NCBI GenBank assembly: GCA_000165425.1
Contig: CT868418.1
Span: 124,001 to 188,000 of the forward strand
Length of the DNA: 64,000 bases
Direction: 5' to 3'
Source: Paramecium tetraurelia
Taxonomy: Eukaryota
In this document: positions 1 to 14,527 of the stretch, piece after piece
Numbering within the stretch: the first letter of the stretch is position 1
Layout of the letters: every line of letters starts with the position of its first letter
Position numbers and translations under genes: made by a program
Notes under the pieces: model-generated
What the model saw: the letters and a program-made list of their open reading frames with translations, nothing else
Database searches by the model: none
Told to the model about the DNA's origin: nothing

Positions 1-348
1 TTAAAATCATATTTTCTTGTAATTTTAATAAATGTAACAACTGGAAACATGAAAAATCAGAAGAATGAATAAAAATAAAAATCCATATTATTTAAAGTTT
101 TATATTTTTTTTAGATTATGTAAAACACATTTAATTTAATATAAAATTTAAGAATTTTTCAAAAAATTTATTTGCTTAAGTGGAGCACATTATATAGCAT
201 ACCTTAAGAAATTAAGTAAAATATGAGAACCTTAGATTATCTTTAAATTTTATATAGATAAATAATAGTATAAAAAGTTTTACAAAATATATTCAAATAG
301 CATGTTAATATTTGAGAGATCGTACAAAATATAATAAAAAATATAGAT

Positions 349-2277
349 ATGAATTTACAGCAAGAATAAGAAGATGAAAAGAAAAGATAAGCATTTGAAC
401 AGTTAGGAGATAATCCTACTGAAGTTGATATTAAATATGTTAGCTATTTATTGAAAATTCCATTGCTTACAATAAGATAGTGGCTAGATGAAAAAACAGG
501 AGTTGATGTTCAAATTGAAATCCAACCTGAAGAAGAAAAGGATGTGTAGATAATTGGGATAGCATAAAAAAAAAAAATACAATTACAAAGTTTAAAAAAT
601 CTCTAAATAAAAGAAGAGGAGCCTTCAGTATAATAGATAACTGAATTTCAGAAAAAAAAAACTAAAATTCCAGAACCAAAAGAAAAGTAAAGATAACGTC
701 GAAGAAAAGTGGCAAATAAGTCATCCACAGCAAGCAAAAAGCTCCAAAAATTTAATTCCAAAAATTAAAATATATTAAATAATCAAACATCACTATAAGA
801 TAGTAATAGTAAGAGTTAAAATCAGAAATAATAATCCAATAATAACTAATTAAAATAATTAGATTAGATTTAATAAAATTTGGCTGAAATTGTATAGAAT
901 GACATTTAGTAAAATTAATCTTAAAATGATAAACAATAAAATCAAAATATTGCGAAAGATTAATAATAAATTATAAATCAAAATGCTGAAAAGCTACAGT
1001 AAAATAAATAACCAGAGTAAGTATCAAAGCCACTCAGAATTTGCATTTAGAATTAGGATCAACTATAAAAATAATCTTAATAAAATAATAATTAAAATCT
1101 ATAAGCATAATAATTATAAAATTAATTGAATACATCTACTTAAATTGATGTGAATTCAAATGCACAACCTATAAATATGTAGTAATAATAATAATAATAA
1201 TAAATTAAAAAATAATTTATATCATAGAATAATTAAAAAACTAATACAATATAATAAGCAAATAACTAATCGAAATAACCTCAGAATCAGCTTCAAAATA
1301 GCGAAAAATTAAAGCAAATTATTATATTAGATGATGATAATAATATAAGCTAAATCATTAAAAATAAAATTAAACAGGTACAATAACCAAAGTAACAATA
1401 ACCAAAAGATTAAAATCAGTAAAAGTTGCCTTAAAATGGTAATCCCAATTAAAAATTAAATAATACTGATTCTAATAATTTAAATAAAAAAAATCAGATT
1501 TCACAACCAAATTAATAAAATGTTGCATAAACATCAAATGAATAACGCATTATCAATAGTTCTTCTGAAAATTTCATTTAATAATAAAACAAATCACTTG
1601 ATGTTTAAATGGCAATTCCTTAAAAAGAGTAAAATGTTTAAAATAAACAAAATTTGATTTAAAAAGACGTAGGCAGTAATTCTAATTATTCTTAATAATA
1701 ATAAGAATTATTAAAATAACATACAGTTTTTGAATCTAATAGTTTTACTAATTAATAATAAGTATAACATTATTTATAATAAATTCCTCATTAATAGGGT
1801 GTATAATAACATCTTAGTGATTTTTAGCATAGTTAAAATAGTTAATAAATTTTTGAGTAAAAATAATCAAACTTTAGGTAATAACAAAGCCTAAATTATA
1901 ATTAAAATGATAATTCTGAAGCACAACGATTTGCAGGTATACCACCATAAGTTCAACCGAATTAATAAACCTCAAACAATCAAAACCTACTCATACAATA
2001 AAATAATTAAAATATTGATTATTTGATGACGAAGCAAGCCTCAGCTACTTCTGAATTAAACTTAATTCAATAGCAACTAAATTAGGCCTTGAATCAGCCA
2101 AATTAATAAAATTATGATGTTAAGTAATAATTTGGATCTTATGAGATAATATCAATATTGAATTAGCATTCATAAACCTTAACATAAGTAGTTTCAATGT
2201 TATCAACAATAGGAAGTTTTTAGTTTTCTTTGATGGAAAGATTAAATCTGGTTTATAATTAAGTCAGCAATAGTTGA
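349..2277 (+). CDS. Q/N-rich low-complexity hypothetical protein (5' end uncertain; upstream exons possible)
   Basis: Long frame open with TAA/TAG=Gln from ATG 349 to TGA 2275-2277; poly-Q tracts; candidate 25-nt intron at 322-346. Confidence 0.6.
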
Positions 2278-2598
2278 GCAATAATATACATATACATATA
2301 TTTAATTATTAATTATAATAACAACATAATGGTGTATTGTGAGGAGGTGAAGACTGATTTGATTTGAATATGAAAGCTGGCTTATTAAAAAAACATTAAT
2401 ATATTTATTTAGCGAAGATTAAATCATATAAGGAGCATTAAGCAATAGCACTAAAGGTATTTGCTTAATTATAATTTACACTTATTCTTTAAAGTGTATA
2501 TACAGAAACTGGAAGTAATATCCAGGAATAAGGTCAACTTTGAGATAATATAAATGTTAAGCAATTTAATGTATGATATTTATATGTGTACGTCATGA

Positions 2599-2843
2599 TC
2601 AATGTATATTTTTATTTGCTTTTCTTTTGGCTAATCTTGTTTCAACACTCTTATTCTTTTTGATGGAAGGATCGTTCTTGATAGCAAATCTTCTATTTTT
2701 TGCGAATCTTTAGTTGCACTTTGATTAGAATTAAATATTACTCCTTTCAATGTTCTATATCTTTGATTGGGGAGCTTTTTAATACCATTTCTGTGATGTT
2801 TACGGGCATTATGATGAGAGGTAGCATTCTTTGACTTAGCCAT
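2599..2843 (-). CDS. RPL29: 60S ribosomal protein L29 (eL29)
   Basis: [23 protein letters not shown]; removing a 23-nt intron (2719-2741) gives ...[14 protein letters not shown]...KANKNIH-TGA. Confidence 0.95.
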
Positions 2844-2879
2844 TGATAATTTATTATTTAAAATATTTGTTTAGATATT

Positions 2880-4438
2880 TCAATATTTTTAAATTCCTAA
2901 ATTTTTAGTATACACCTATTACTCTATCCATTACGCATCTTTGTAGGCTTGATTCTTTTGTTCTATTGTTCTTTCTAATTCTTTGTAAAGACTTTATATT
3001 CTCTTCGTCTTGAAATCATTAGGTTCTGTTTTCAAGGTGCTTATTTTTTCTGATTTCTTTTTGTTTTGCACTTGTTTCTAGTTTGGAATTTATTAAGAAT
3101 TATCAATATTTAATTTAACTTATTATGCTTATTGTTATGAGACACTTGAATCTGCTTTCAATAAGTGTTATTTGCTCTAAGAAACCAATAAAATAATAAA
3201 ATACTTGTCGATCATCTTCCCATAGCAGATGCTTCTTCACTCCTTCGATTTTCTTAAGTTATTTGAGAACATTCTGTATTTCATTTTTGAGTTATTGTTC
3301 TATATCAGGATCATCGTTATTAATTTTTTCAGCAATTTAGTCCAAATTAGGAGCCTCATAAGAAGTAACATGAACTTCTTTTTTAGTTAATTGTCTTGGA
3401 GATATAACTGGAGGAGGAGAGCTAACTTACTTGGTTATGCTCTGTGAATTGGTTAATTCTTTTTCTTGTTAAAAACTTTTGGAATTATTTGATTGATTCA
3501 TAGGTTGAAGACTCTTTGCGCTTCCATTTTCTTAGAAATTCTGGCCTTCATTAGTTAAGTTAAATGATTATTAATTTGATTAGACTGGGGATTTGCATAA
3601 AGAAGAGTATTTTTTTAAAGTATGATATCTGGGTGAGGAGGGACTGATTGATATTTTAGGATTACACGATATGTTTTTAGAATAAGAATTAAAATCTTTG
3701 AATCTATTCAACATTTTTAATGGAGTTTGATTGGTAGTTGATTAAATTTGTTATTTATCTTCTAATTGAATTTAAGTATGTTCATCCAATATTTCTTCTG
3801 ATTCATCTTAATTAAAATTACTGCTTAATTTTGCTAACATATAAGTTTTTAATTAATCTTGGCTATTCTTCTGTGGAGTTCTTTTTTGCAGTTCATGGTT
3901 TTTATTGAATTTCAGGATCTTATGGAAGGAATCATAATAATCAATAACACATTTTAGAATATATTCTAGTTTTTCTGTTACTGTTAATGGATCATCAGTT
4001 TTAACATTTTGAGTGTAGTATTTCATTGCTTCTTTGATATTGGTCACATTGATTTTCTTCTTCAGGGTGTACTATTGAATATTAGTAAGTATTTAGCAAA
4101 TTGGTTCATAATTCTTACAAAATTGACTTTGACTTGGCACCCATTCCCTTGTTTACAAGAACAAATAGTCGGTTGATATGGCCTTATCTAGACCTGCAAC
4201 AGTGCAAAGCAAACCGCATATGCAATTATAGAGTTATTAAGTTGGTTTAAGTATAAAGAAGAAATCCTAATTGAATGATAGAGTTTATTACTTATATTTC
4301 TTTGTTTTGGATTGAGTTTAAAGTAACGATGATGTTTTAATGTAGTAATTCTGTGTCTTAAACAAGCTTTTAGTAATCAGTAGTTTAGATTTGATTCAAG
4401 GCAATCTAAAGTTTTGTTCTTTCAATGAGTTCTTACAT
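2880..4438 (-). CDS. hypothetical protein with Ser/Gln-rich middle and coiled-coil C-terminus
   Basis: Open frame in ciliate code with short GT-AG introns; includes ORF-track fragment 3853-4047; TGA at 2880-2882. Confidence 0.65.
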
Positions 4439-4470
4439 ATATAAAATATATTATCATATTAATAATAAAA

Positions 4471-4901
4471 TCAACTAACTTGTATTCCAACTTTACACTC
4501 TTTTATTCCTTAATTAATTAATTCAAATGGTTTAATGATATTGCAAGGTTATTTTAAAGGTATTTCGTTAATGCTGTGTTCAGTTTTACAAATTACTTTT
4601 CCCTCCCCCAATCCTATGATCTCGTAATTAGTAACTCTCATACCACTTGGAAATTGTGTTTGAGTTCGAAAAATAAGGATGTATTTGCAGGTAATGTAAT
4701 CTTGAAACTTACACGACCATTTTATTTCTTCACGAATTCAAAATTTGAACTCTAAATTTCTAATGCATTTTCGAAATAAGGAGATAATATAGGCTATTTT
4801 ATACTAGACAATGGCCATTATGGCAAAGTAGGTTCATCAAATCGATATAACTCTAATTGTTTCATGAGAGAGTTGAATGTGTCATGATTAGGACTATACA
4901 T
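4471..4901 (-). CDS. small hypothetical protein
   Basis: MYSPNHDTFNSLMKQLELYRF...; one 23-nt intron; TGA at 4471-4473. Confidence 0.5.
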
Positions 4902-4964
4902 TTTAATTGTAAATATAATTGATAATCAAATTATTAGATCGATTATAAATAAGTAAGAGAAAAT

Positions 4965-5711
4965 TCAATAATTCTGATTCCTTGGATATCGCTTCTTTAG
5001 CTCCTCGTAATCTATTTAGTAATTGTTTTCAACATGATATTTGTTGTACACCGAATCTATGAATGACTTTTGTTTCTGCTCTCTCTCTCTGATCTTCTCT
5101 AATCTACTTAGTTCCTTTATCTCCACATTTCTCAAATGTTTCCCTTCCTTTGGAGGCTAACCAAGGTAAGTGTCTAAATTGAGGGATTATTCATAAATCA
5201 ATAGTTATTGAAAGAACTCTACTTAAATTCAAATATTACGATGTCTAACTTATGCAAAGGGATTCTGAATTTTCACAATTTCCCAGGCTCTCTCCACTGT
5301 AAACCCGTTTTTTTATAACATGTAAGCTATAACGAACACAGGACTGATAGTAACACAATCTTGACAGTGGATCAACACATTCCCATAGGTGATTCCATTT
5401 TCAATGAACATGTAGGAATCATAAAAAGCTTTGAATAAATCACCGCAATTTTCTATGTCAATGGGAATCACCTTATGAAATAAAATTTATTCGCTTCCTT
5501 AGAATTTGACAGAGCATTTCATTTAAACAGTCAATATGCATTTAATATTGTAGCGAAGATGCAATTTAGTATCTGTTGCAGCATAGATATTGCCAATGTA
5601 TATTCCGCTTTTTCCTTCTTTGGGTAGTATGATTGCATGTATGTTGTCATCAGGATATGTATCCCAATAGGTTGAACCATAAAATTTCTGTTAATCAAGT
5701 AAGGATAACAT
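4965..5711 (-). CDS. dual-specificity phosphatase-family protein, probably catalytically impaired
   Basis: GIYIGNIYAA...NIKCILTV...GNVLIHCQDCVTISPVFVIAYM; one short intron. Confidence 0.8.
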
Positions 5712-5726
5712 TATTATATAAAATTT

Positions 5727-6345
5727 ATGAATAATAATCATTATTATCGTCCAACATTAACTGGTAATAAGAATCGACGACGAGTCCAAGAAACCAATTT
5801 CGCAGCCATACTAAAAATTCACTCAAACAAAAATGCTAATTTAAAAAGTTCTTTGCTCTTTCATAGTAATTATAACTAAATAACTAATATATTAGATCCT
5901 AAGGATAATGATAGTTAGTTTAATTTAATTAATAGATCGATTGATGTACCTCGCTTTAATGACAGATCAGCTTCAAAATAAAGAGTTAAGACTGAAATAG
6001 TTAAACCTAATATTGATGTTCAATTTTAAAATCAAAAAATTGATTAGACTACAGCATACTTTCCAAAATTGAAAGAGCGAATAGCGTTGTCATAAAACAA
6101 AATGTTTTATCAAGTAATTAGAAATAAGAATAGAAAGCCAAAAATGATGAAATTGAAGATTCTCCAATTCGAGACTTGCAGAAGTCCCTTGATTACTCGA
6201 GTCAAGCGTAGAGGACAAGAAATCTTACTCCAATATAATAAAGAACGTTAGATGTACCTAAATATCAGAGCAGATCGGATCACTTGAATTAAGAAGAAAT
6301 CATGCAGTTCTCCTTTGGACTTCAATATAATAGATAGAGCATTGA
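5727..6345 (+). CDS. hypothetical basic protein (3' end uncertain, ~6287-6420)
   Basis: Open frame from ATG 5727 with an intron near 5866-5895. Confidence 0.5.
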
Positions 6346-6448
6346 GAAACAGAAGCAAAGATTCCCAAAAGATATTTTTCTTGGGGATGTTAGAAAAGTA
6401 AAAAGAATTTTTTAATAATAATGAATTATGTAAATCTTTAAAAATCAT

Positions 6449-8157
6449 TCATTATATCTAAATAATACTCTTTACTTGTAAGGTATCAGCATTAATTTGG
6501 ATGAACTCAACCTTCTTCTCCTCTGAATTAAATAGATATATTTATTGCTTAAAGATCTAAATTTGATATAAAAAACATTTACTATTGGCTGGGTGCAGTT
6601 TACATTTAATATTTTTTAAATATTATTATAACTATTTTTTTGCACAGTTTTTAAGAAGATATTGATCAACTGAGAACCACATTCATTTCCAAACTGATTC
6701 TGTCCTCCAATTACTAAGATTTCCTAATTAGAAATTGGTAAAGCATATCCAAGCAATTGAGGAACATAGGACTAATAATATGATTGATAAATACTAATTA
6801 ATTAATCAATTCGATAGTTTCTACGAATTTCATAAGTATGGAATCATAGATCTCAATTAATCCATTGGCCACATATTGATTCATCATTCCCCCAATTAAA
6901 TAGATTTTATGGTCTAAAAGACAACACTATCCCTAGATTCTTGGATATTTCATGGATTCTATCTATTCCCATTTATCATTCTCAATCGAATATCTACATA
7001 ACATCAATGTGTACATGAATCCTTTTTTGCTGCCCAATTACTGATTCTCTAATTATACATATCCTCCCCAGTAGTATATTGTTTTCTAGTATTTGATTGC
7101 TTATCCCCCATAGGATTTACAGGGCAAATCTTATAATTTCAATAGTTTATTCTTCATTTTGTCATACTTGTTAAACTAATCACTTATTATTTTCTATGAG
7201 TTCTCAGGATTTTGGAACACCTAACCAATAAAATATAAATATTGATTTGCATTTATGATAGTGACATAATCCAATTTACATTAGTTTTAAGAGAGGATCA
7301 ATTTTTGTTCTTTAACTTTGTCTATTTCATCGATATTTGAGGAATATAGTATATTATTTCTAAATGAATGGATGGAGTTTTGCATTTCCTACAACTTGAA
7401 TTTGTTAGCTTTACTTTTCAAAGTTACCAAATTCTTCTTCTGTTGTTTGAACCCACTAAAGTAATTGGGGATTATCTTAAACTCATCTTTGATAGCAAAT
7501 AGATACAATACCTTTAAATTTCAAGGATACCATTTTTTATAATGAGTCTTTAATGTCATACAAAGATTTATTATTGATTTAGAGAGTGATGTCTTTAGGT
7601 AAGTAATTTTTTAATAAATTAAATTCCTCATTTATGATATTCTATCTATCCAATACCTCCTGAACTTAATTTTCATCGTAGTTATGTAATTCATTCCTTA
7701 GACTATATATTAATTATTTAAGTGGCTACAACGATGTCTACAACAAATCGGTTGTAATAACCTAGTATTGTGAGATCAGATTAATGAAATATTTATCAAT
7801 CACCTATGAAATGACTTTCTTGATTGATTTGATCTTTTAGATTGATTTTTAGTATGTAGCTGAATCATAGATCTTCAAATTGTTAATTTGAGCATTTAAT
7901 TATTCTAAATCTTTGTCAACTTGCGCTATCTTTGGACATTTGTGTGGAGTTAGAATAAGATTGAGTTGTTCTATTAGTAATTGCTTTTGGTCATCCTCTA
8001 ATTAGCTCTCTAGATTTTACTCTATTCTTTGCTTCTTCTATGAAAAAGTGAGATCTGAATCAAAATTAGAGTGAAATGATAATTGCTTTTCATCAAAACT
8101 CAAATCTTCTGATAGGAAACTGGCATCATTGAAACTCGAATTATTTTAATTATTCAT
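6449..8157 (-). CDS. Kelch-repeat protein
   Basis: Kelch GG motifs (IYYWGG, KIYLIGG, ILVIGG), YSIENDKWEQIESMKYPR; several short introns. Confidence 0.75.
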
Positions 8158-8170
8158 TTTAATTAATGTA

Positions 8171-9592
8171 TCAATGAATAGTAACCACACTACCAGACTC
8201 CATTGGATTATTAACTTGAGACAAATTCTCTGGAATTTGAGACTCCTCTTATCGAATTAAACTTTCATCCACAGATTTGCTTCCTCTTTTTTGATGTTCA
8301 ATGCTCTCTTATTGTTCTTTCACAGTAGCTCCAAAAGGATTAGGATTTTACACATTGGCCCAAGAGTGTAACATACCCTAATTATGTTATGATGCTCCAA
8401 ATTGACTAGTTCCCAACTTCTCTAATTGTTATCCTTGCTTCTCACTCTAATTAACTTAAACAAACATACATTCCAAAGTTGGGAGCCTGAGAATTACTTT
8501 GACTAGCCTCCATTGGATTTACTACTGAACTTAGACTTTTAATGGAATGTCGGACTCCCTATTTCAATGCTTATTAATTTTGTATGCCTGCACTATCTAA
8601 TTCAATTAATTCATTAGTATTACACAAATTGTTTTGATGACTATTCTTCTCAATTAGTTCCTAGTATTTAATTGCTTCCTTGAAGTAACGCACCTCCTAA
8701 TAAATCACAAATAAGAATGATATGAAGTTAATTGGTGCTACATATTTCTGGAATTGGAATATGAAACTCAAACACGAGCATTCTTCTTCAACTATGTCAT
8801 TTGTCTTAATGAAAACCAACACATATTACACAATATGAACCAAAAAGAGCACTGTCAACAACAAGCTATTTATTATTTAAGTACGATTACTCAGCAAAGT
8901 TCCTTAGTTCTTTCTAAGATCTATTTTGATTAAACAGAATCAAAGTGAAAATTAGATTAAATATAGAAGTCAAAACATTTGTGAGCAGGAGAGATAACAG
9001 AACCATTGAGTATTTGTTTTAGCATTCGTAATTGTCTCCATGAGATAAAATCATCATACCAATTATGCATGATGTAAAACAGTTAACTGATCTATTCGTT
9101 AATTCAAGAGGAAATATTTTGATTATGAGTATTTCGATTTCCTTTGATTTATATAAATTAACATACTTTCCCCAACAATATCATGATGTACGTTTTTATA
9201 TATAATTAAAGCAAATGGTCTTACTCTTTTTTTTAAATAAAGTAATTGAGTGAATACACCAGAAGAGTTATAAACATAAACACATTCATTGTGTATATCA
9301 AGAAGTACTCAACCTTAGGAAATTCTCTCTTGAAACAAAGCAAAAATACTGCTGCCACACAATTAAATAAGAACATTATGATTGTTAAATACAGGGTAAT
9401 TGACATAAAAAATGTATCGTTTTCTTGAACTCTTAAAAGTGCATTCATTATAAAGATGATAAATGCTTATTTGGTATGTTACCCAAAAATGTTAACTAGT
9501 TTGTTCTGCTGTATTTTTTGTTCCTCATTCAGATTTATCATCTCTCTTTAACTTAAATTAAAATATCTATAATTCTTATAACTATGAATCAT
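8171..9592 (-). CDS. multi-pass membrane hypothetical protein
   Basis: Several hydrophobic segments (e.g. ORF 9233-9448), polar C-tail ending at TGA 8171-8173; start approximate. Confidence 0.6.
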
Positions 9593-10937
9593 TTAAATTC
9601 ATATAATATTGTCCAGAGTAAATTCCCATTTATTATTATCTGGATAGAGATGAATCATCATAAGATAGTTATTATATTATTATATGATATCAAACAATGC
9701 TTACATTTGACAGCGTCATTATAACTGAAATAATAAACTTGGTTGTGTCTGCATAAAGTACATTTTCTATATAAATTTAACATACTAGCACAAGTTGAAT
9801 GAGGTCGATGCTTATTTAACAAGTAGCGATTGCAACTTTATTTTCGAATTAATTTATAACAATTACTCATCCATTATTATCTTTAATATAGAATAAAACG
9901 ATAAGATTACATTTTTTTAGTTGTTTTCTGTGTGATTTCTATATAAAAATCAGTGAATTTATCATCAATTCCCTTACTCCTCTTAATCTTACAATAACTA
10001 TATGAAATCCCCTACAATACTAATAGGGAATAATAGTAAGATAGAAGTATTTAATATTAATAGAAAATATTAAATTTTTCCCAAAATTGCAACCTTTCTT
10101 TTCCAATAATATTCTCTATAAATACAGAATTCTGTTAATGGTATATAATTCTATATCAGAATCGGAACTATTTTATTGAGAATAAAATATAAACAAATAA
10201 ATAAATTAATAAACTGAGTGGTTTTTCTTAAGAAATTAGAGAGTTTTCATCAGCATAGATAATTATATTATATCTATTGTATAATAACTTTAATTTCTTT
10301 ACTCTCAATTAACCCTTCTATATGAACGGTTATATCATTTGATTTCAAAATTAATCTCTTTTATCAATTATTTTTTTCAATTAATCTTAGGTTTATGAAT
10401 TTATTAAAATTGATTTTATTATAATATAATCTTCTTTTTTTTAAAAGTAAATTGAAAATTTTTGAAGTATCTAAAATATGTACAATTTTTTATCAAATAG
10501 TATGATAATAGATTTTACTTTATTAGTATTTAAACTTTATTTTGAGTTTCTTTAAAAATCGCTTGATTCCTTCTCTTTATAATATATAACTATAATTTTA
10601 GAATAGCCAATACTAAGGAAGTTATTATAGAAAATGTCGTTTTAATAAATTTAGTGATTTATGACCATAAATGTTCTCTTTTTCATAAATATATCTTTTT
10701 ATTTAAACCCAATCATCGTTAGTTTATTTATGTTGTTGCAGTTGACTTTGATCAAACGAAATGTTTCATTTCGAATTAATAATTAATTATATGACATTAT
10801 AGTTTTAAAATAATTAGTAAACTTTATCGAAACTGATATTCAGTATTTAAAGATCTCAATATTACAAAGCAGTTTTTGCTATTGAATAATTTGATGAATA
10901 AATTATATATATAAATATTTATTTGTTAAACAAACTT

Positions 10938-13440
10938 ATGGATCAAAACTAACAATACTTAATTGAAGTTCTTGCCAGGAAAGTAACACTAGAATTATTG
11001 AATCCTCTTTAGAATAGGTAAAGATGTGGTTTATGTAGAATCTTAAATTTGTAACAAGATTATACCAATATTGACTCAGCCATTAGCAAGCACACTTAGG
11101 CTATTTCAATTATTAATTAACAATAATAGCAAAGACAGCTCTAAGATTCAATGTACTTAAAGAATATCAACGAACTACACGGCACCATAAATTCTTTGGT
11201 ATCACTTTAAATTAATTAAGGAAGAAAAACAAACCTTAGCAATTTAAACTTAAAATTAAACATTCACTAATCTAATGGACAGGATTGAACATTATAGTCA
11301 ACAGTTGAATGAGAGATCAGAAAAGCTAAAAGAGTTACAATAATAATATCAATAATTGAAGGGAGATCAAGGCTTTGTTCATCAGACTTATATCACAAAT
11401 ATTGATAATATCCAGAAGAGAGTCAATCAATTGATTGTTTCTTCGAGAGAGGAGACTGATGGAAATAGATTCTCAGTAGAAAAAATGGATTCTAGAATCT
11501 AAGATATGACAGAAAAATTGAATAAAATGATAGAAAAGGCTGAATAATACCAATCAACCTTACAGCAATAAAAGGAGTTGAACCAATAAGTTCAAGAGAT
11601 GGATGAATAATTTGAATTGTTTAAACAGTAAGCAATGCTTAAGGAGGACCACGAAAAGTCTGTTAAATAGTAGAATGATCAATTAAAAAGCGAACTTAAC
11701 ACTATTCAATTTAAATACCAACAAATTTTGAGTTAAAATAATAGAAATATCACACAAATGTAGTAATAAATTGACAGCTTTTAATATTAAAGGGAGGATA
11801 TTTAGAGATAATTTTAAACTTGTTAAGGATTGATCAGAGATGTGAGAGTAGAAGTTGAAGCAAAAAATGGAGAGGTAATAAAATCTATAAACAATCTGAA
11901 ATCATAATTTGAATAGAGATATGAAGATTGGAGTGAAACCTTTCACATTGTTTAAAAGGCTGTGGAACAATTTAAGTTTGATTTTGCTAGTATGAAGTAG
12001 AATTACAAGAAGAATCTTATGAAATATGATGAAATATTCGAATAATACAAAGAAAAGTGTGACAATGATATCATGTCGATGTTGAATAGAAACACAAATA
12101 TATAGAAATAATATTTAGATGAATAAATATAAGTAATGGACACTCATTTTATGGAGGAATTACAATCTTTATAAAATTAGTTGGTTCCTAATATTATTCA
12201 AAACATTACTTCACTTGATAATGAGGGAAAATAAAGTCAACAAAATTAAAAGCATAGCAAGTAAGATGTTGATGATGCTTAAATGAAACAACATAAACTT
12301 TAAGTTCCTTAAAACCTACCCCATAACAATCCACAGAGAAAGAGCAAAGTATTAAAAGATACAACAGAAACAGAATCACCCTTAGGGATTAATATCACCA
12401 GCGTTTATGTTTCGGCTAATAAATCAATTAGATCAAATAGTAGAGTTGATGGTCAAATTGAGTATTAATCATATCAAAAGAAATAATCAGTATCAAAGGT
12501 TACTGATAACTTAGAATTGATAGAGGTAAAACAATAGATAGAGAAGGTGCTTGAGTCTCAAAAAACCTGTTAAATTTAATATTAACAATTGGATAAAGAT
12601 TTCAAGCAATTGAATGATAAAGTCAAGAAACAACATGAAAGATTAGAATTCTTCTTTTTGTAAACTAAAACGCAATTAAACAAATACAATTCTAAAATTG
12701 ATACCATTTAAAATGATACTAAATAGGTATAACCAGATAAGGAATTTGTTGATTTGAATTACATTAAAAGAGAAATTGAATTATTGCAAGGCCAAATTAC
12801 TAAAATGAAATCTGATATTTAAAATGATGCTACGTTTGCACAATAACAAATTAAGAATCTTCAGAAAATTAGAGATTAAATTCTACCCAAATAATTAGAG
12901 TAATAAACTAAAATGGATTAATTAGAGGAATGTTAGAAGTTGATGATTATTTTATTACTATAAAATGAATTGGTTTAAATTAGTCATGAAGATGGATTAT
13001 ATAGAGTAGATTAGAATCTTAATAATTTGCATTTCGAATTTCAACCAGGATTGAGGGATGAAAATACTCATATCACATTTAGACAATAGAGAATCTCTAA
13101 AGTAGATTTCATTTTGAATCAAATATTGCCAATCAAAAAAATTAGTTTATCTACCAGCAGAATAGATCACTCTTTAAATTTATCATAATCATAGACCCTA
13201 AGGAAGTAATAAACAAATAGAAACCTAAATAAAAATAGCAAAACAAACAACTCTGTAATTGTTGGAAAAAACTCAAAAATAAATGAATCAACTAGATTAA
13301 CCATGAGGAACACAATGACTGTTGAAATGAGTCAAAAATATATGAATAGAAGCTAAAGGCAGAAAGATACTTTTAACTAAGCAAGAATATCATTATCAAA
13401 TTAGCGATTAAACTATACTCTGAATGATGAAACAATTTGA
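10938..13440 (+). CDS. large coiled-coil protein
   Basis: Long E/K/Q-rich frame from MDQNQQYLIEVLARK to ...DETI-TGA. Confidence 0.75.
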
Positions 13441-13505
13441 TCTATTATTATTTAAAGAGAAATGCTTCTAATTATATATAAGAATTTAAATACTCAATAT
13501 AATTA

Positions 13506-14484
13506 ATGATAATTTTCATTTTATTCACAACTATACTTTGTTATAGACCAATCCCTCAGAATTAGTACATCATTCTATCAACTTCCAAATTTTGGTTCAA
13601 TTATAGACAAGCTATAAACTCTCTATTAATCTATCAGCAATTAAAAGATTGGAGAATAAGTGATGATCAAATTTCATTGATGATCCCAGAAGATACAGCC
13701 TGCAACAGAAAGAATAATGTGCCTGGAGTGGCTTGTGCATATGATGGATAGAGAGAGCCGAATATACATAAAAATGTAAATTGGGACTTCAAGAGAAATG
13801 ATGTCAATATTAAATATTGGATAGATGTTATGCGTAATAAATACAATAAATATGTAAGTGATATCATTTAATTAAGACTCCATAATCAAGAAGATTAACC
13901 CTATCTAAGCAACAGAAATTATTAATGTTTATGAATGGACATGGTGGAGATGGGTACACCAAAATGCAGGATACAACTTATTTACTGGATTTTGAGATGG
14001 AAAAAATCACAAAGGAAATGGAATTTTTAGAGCTTTATCAAGAAGCCTTTTTGATATCTGATTCATGCGGGGCCATCACTTTATTTGAGACAGTCAAAGC
14101 CAAGAATATGATATTATTGGGATCAAGTTCCTTGGGAGAAAAGGCTTATTCTCATGGTCGTTGTCCAATCTTATCTATTCCCAAAACAGATAAATTTACT
14201 TTAACTACACATTATTGGTTGAAAAATGAATTAGACAAGAAACCAACTTTAACATTGTTAGATTAGATGAAAAAATATGATTATGATTATCATAAGGCCA
14301 ATTCAAAATTGATTATTAATATTGAAAATAAAGAGTCTAAGGATGTAAATAAAATAATGCTATTATTTAGATCAAAGCAGCTGATTTTTGGAAACCTAAG
14401 CAACCAATATTGAATTAGGTTATTTTAAGAAATGATTAAGATATTTTGGCTTAAAAAGAGTTTTTGGAATTGATGAACGCATGA
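13506..14484 (+). CDS. GPI8: GPI-anchor transamidase catalytic subunit (peptidase C13, Gpi8/PIG-K)
   Basis: Signal peptide; STSKFWFNYRQ, IPEDTACN, NGHGGDG (catalytic His), SDSC (catalytic Cys); two short introns. Confidence 0.92.
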
Positions 14485-14527
14485 TTTTGGATAATCATTA
14501 TTTATTATTTTATGTGCAATGATATTT

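Noticed and set aside
1183..1203. (TAA)7 repeat as a stop-codon array or regulatory microsatellite
   Set aside because: In frame within a Q-rich CDS; encodes poly-Gln
2329..2543. Coding-like patch between the Q-rich gene and RPL29
   Set aside because: Early TGA in the first ATG frame, only a short alternative frame, no recognisable motif
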